In this document: positions 61,889 to 64,000 of the stretch, in pieces
How positions within the stretch are numbered: position 1 is the first letter of the stretch
How the letters are laid out: the number at the start of each line of letters is the position of its first letter
The notes under the pieces: generated by a model
Told to the model about the DNA's origin: nothing
Database searches by the model: none
What the model saw: only the letters and a program-made list of their open reading frames with translations
Position numbers and translations under genes: made by a program
Origin: Gammaproteobacteria bacterium
GTDB lineage: Bacteria; Pseudomonadota; Gammaproteobacteria; RBG-16-57-12
Assembly: GCA_022712945.1 (NCBI GenBank)
Contig: JAFLJP010000122.1
Coordinates: 1,853-65,852 of the forward strand
Direction of reading: 5' to 3'
Length of the DNA stretch: 64,000 nt

Positions 61889-63202
61889 TTATTCCATAAT
61901 CCCGGGTAGCCAAGTTGTTAGCCCCGGAAAGCTCATCAATAACCCCAAAACAATGAGCTGAATAAAAACAAAGGGAATGATGCCCCGGTATATCTGCGCC
62001 ATTTGGATGGAGCTGGGAGCGGCGGCTTTAAGGTAAAACAGTGAAAACCCAAAGGGTGGTGTCAGGAACGAGGTTTGAAGGTTCACCGCGATTAGAATCG
62101 CAAACCACAAGGGGTCAATACCGTAATAGATCGCAATAGGCGTTAAAATAGGCACCGCAATAAAACATATTTCAAGAAAGTCGAGAAAGAAGCCCAATAC
62201 AAATAACAGCAACATGCTGACGATAATGAAGCCCCACACTCCGCCGGGCAGGCCAGTCATTATATCGTGTACTAAATCATCCCCTCCCATACCTTTGAAA
62301 ACCAGGCCAAAGGTGGTTGCACCGATTAAAATCAGAAACACCATGCTGGTCAGTTTGGTTGTCTGGCGCATTGCATTCTGTAGGTTTTCACGGTTCAGGC
62401 GTCGGTGAATCAAAGCCAGTATCATGGCACCCAGGGCTCCCACAGCAGCTGACTCTGTGGGGGTAGCAATACCAAAGAATATGGACCCCAATACAGAGAA
62501 AACGAGAGCCAGCGGGGGAATCAAGCTTTTTAAGACTTTTAAAAATAGTGCCTTGCCATCATTGACGGCGAGCGCCTCTCGGTTAATGGCCGGTGCGTCA
62601 TCTGGCCTGCGCCAGGCGACGATTGCGATATAGGCGATGAACATTAAGATCAGCAGTAACCCGGGTATCACTGCACCCATAAACAGCTCGCCCACCGGCA
62701 CTCCCATCACGTCGCCCAATAAAATCAATACGATGCTGGGTGGAATGATCTGTCCCAGTGTGCCAGAAGCAGCAATAGTGCCACTTGCCAGTGCCGGGTT
62801 ATAGCCGTGTTTGAGCATCGCAGGCAGTGCAATGATCGCCATGGTCACCACAGTGGCACCCACTACGCCGGTTGTGGCCGCTAGCAGTGCACCCACTAAT
62901 ACAATCGAGATCGCCAGCCCGCCACGAATGCGACCAAACAACATTGCCATGGTCTCCAGCAACTCTTCAGCGATGCCTGATTTTTCCAGCATCACTCCCA
63001 TGAAGACAAACAGCGGTACCGCCAACAAGGTGAAGTTGGTCATCACCCCCCAGATACGCATGGGAAGCAGCGAGAAAAAATCCAGCCCCAGCCAGATCAG
63101 ACCAAAAGCAGCTGAAACAGCGCCCAAGGTAAAGGCAACCGGATATCCAAACAGCAGTAACAAAATTACCACCCCAAGCATCACAAGGGCCCAAAACTCC
63201 AT
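61889..63202 (-). CDS. dctM: TRAP transporter large permease subunit
   Basis: 12-TM DctM family similarity throughout. Confidence 0.95.
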   Translation of the reverse strand: MEFWALVMLGVVILLLLFGYPVAFTLGAVSAAFGLIWLGLDFFSLLPMRIWGVMTNFTLLAVPLFVFMGVMLEKSGIAEELLETMAMLFGRIRGGLAISIVLVGALLAATTGVVGATVVTMAIIALPAMLKHGYNPALASGTIAASGTLGQIIPPSIVLILLGDVMGVPVGELFMGAVIPGLLLILMFIAYIAIVAWRRPDDAPAINREALAVNDGKALFLKVLKSLIPPLALVFSVLGSIFFGIATPTESAAVGALGAMILALIHRRLNRENLQNAMRQTTKLTSMVFLILIGATTFGLVFKGMGGDDLVHDIMTGLPGGVWGFIIVSMLLLFVLGFFLDFLEICFIAVPILTPIAIYYGIDPLWFAILIAVNLQTSFLTPPFGFSLFYLKAAAPSSIQMAQIYRGIIPFVFIQLIVLGLLMSFPGLTTWLPGIME

Positions 63203-63204
63203 GG

Positions 63205-63732
63205 TTATTCCTTACTCTCTTTATGCTGTTTTAAGGTGATGATATTCCGGCCAATCTCAGAAATTCCCTGAATCAGTAACAGGGTAAAGCCGAGTGGAAT
63301 GGCGGCTTTAATCAGAAAACGATAGGGCAGGCCGCCTGGGTCAGAGGATACTTCATTGATTGCATAGGCTGTTGCGGCAAAGGGCCATGAGGCGTAAATA
63401 ATCAAAATACAGAAGGGAATTAACAGCAACACACTGCCACTCAGGTTGACCATGGCGCGGTGTTTATCACTAAAGCGGCGACTGCTATAGAGCAGGTCGA
63501 CCCGCACATGTTCGTCATGTTTTAAAGTGTAGGCGGCGCCTAACAAAAAGATCAGTGCAAATAGGTGCCACTCAAGCTCCTGCAAGGCAATCGAACCACT
63601 CTGCCATAAATAGCGCATTGCCACGTCGTAACAGACTAAAAGCACCAATGCCAGAACCAGCCAGGCGATTGCCCGGCCACTCCATTCACTGAATCGGTCA
63701 ATAAAACTGACCATGTTGGTTAAAAAGTTCAC
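63205..63732 (-). CDS. dctQ: TRAP transporter small permease subunit
   Basis: 4-TM DctQ-like protein immediately upstream of dctM. Confidence 0.85.
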   Translation of the reverse strand: MNFLTNMVSFIDRFSEWSGRAIAWLVLALVLLVCYDVAMRYLWQSGSIALQELEWHLFALIFLLGAAYTLKHDEHVRVDLLYSSRRFSDKHRAMVNLSGSVLLLIPFCILIIYASWPFAATAYAINEVSSDPGGLPYRFLIKAAIPLGFTLLLIQGISEIGRNIITLKQHKESKE

Positions 63733-63756
63733 GCAGAAATCCTGGGGCTATGTTGG

Positions 63757-63923
63757 TTAGGGATGTAGAATTCATTAAAAATACCGCTCGTACTTGTCTT
63801 TTTGCCCACTCTATCTAGACTGGTATTCGTTGCGTAGCCCACTATGCGCCCAATACCAGTCTAGATAGAGTGAACAAAAATCCGGCGTAATAACGGTATT
63901 TTGATTTCTTCTACATCCCTTAG
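63757..63923. repeat. full-length family A MITE-like element (about 167 bp, about 30-bp imperfect TIRs, internal perfect 21-bp inverted repeat)
   Basis: TIRs TTAGGGATGTAGAATTCATTAAAAATACCG / CGGTATTTTGATTTCTTCTACATCCCTTAG; internal cactctatctagactggtatt...aataccagtctagatagagtg. Confidence 0.6.
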
Positions 63924-64000
63924 AATCCAATGGTGGTCTGTATTCCAAGCCCGTTAATGGCACTGTCACGTGCAATCAGTGCGAGTGAGATTTGAAAGTA
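63920..64000 (-). CDS. partial CDS (C-terminal 26 codons), probably the TRAP substrate-binding subunit gene upstream of dctQ
   Basis: Open minus-strand frame ending ...GIQTTIGF* and running off the window end; identity inferred from dctQM operon context only. Confidence 0.3.
   Translation of the reverse strand, partial: YFQISLALIARDSAINGLGIQTTIGF

Overview
This is a gammaproteobacterial chromosomal window of roughly 50% GC with mostly core genes. It carries a Pseudomonas-like origin-proximal block on the minus strand (glmS-glmU, atpCDGAHFEB-atpI/atpZ, parB-parA, rsmG, mnmG). Other housekeeping genes include a split class II ribonucleotide reductase (nrdJa/nrdJb) with speE, nudE-cysQ, dgt, argE, tag, serB, lysA, class I cyaA, fkpA-like, hemW, rdgB, rph, rpmB-rpmG, bioBFHC, cspA and a TRAP dctQM operon. 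The most striking accessory feature is a 10-gene, 9.4 kb plus-strand operon at 45050-54430. It encodes a small outer-membrane beta-barrel, periplasmic coiled-coil and TPR scaffold proteins, a TPR lipoprotein, one ExbB/TolQ-like protein, two ExbD/TolR-like paralogs, and a TonB-like protein of AgmX/PglI type with a KE/P-rich spacer. This combination resembles the conserved core of the Myxococcus Agl-Glt machinery rather than a canonical TonB or Tol-Pal system, and its function in gammaproteobacteria is unknown. Other notable items are a PEP-CTERM/VPXXXP-CTERM-like surface protein, a DedA-disulfide oxidoreductase fusion, an AT-rich islet with a DUF4143 ATPase and a hicB/hicA-like pair, two families of nested palindromic MITE-like repeats (one copy split by a second hairpin element, one sitting inside the TRAP operon), a 24-bp palindrome repeated upstream of two VOC genes next to a WYL-domain regulator, putative NrdR boxes upstream of nrdJ, and two small genes absent from the ORF track (rpmG and a yifL/lppL-like lipoprotein). 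No tRNA, rRNA or CRISPR array was recognised.
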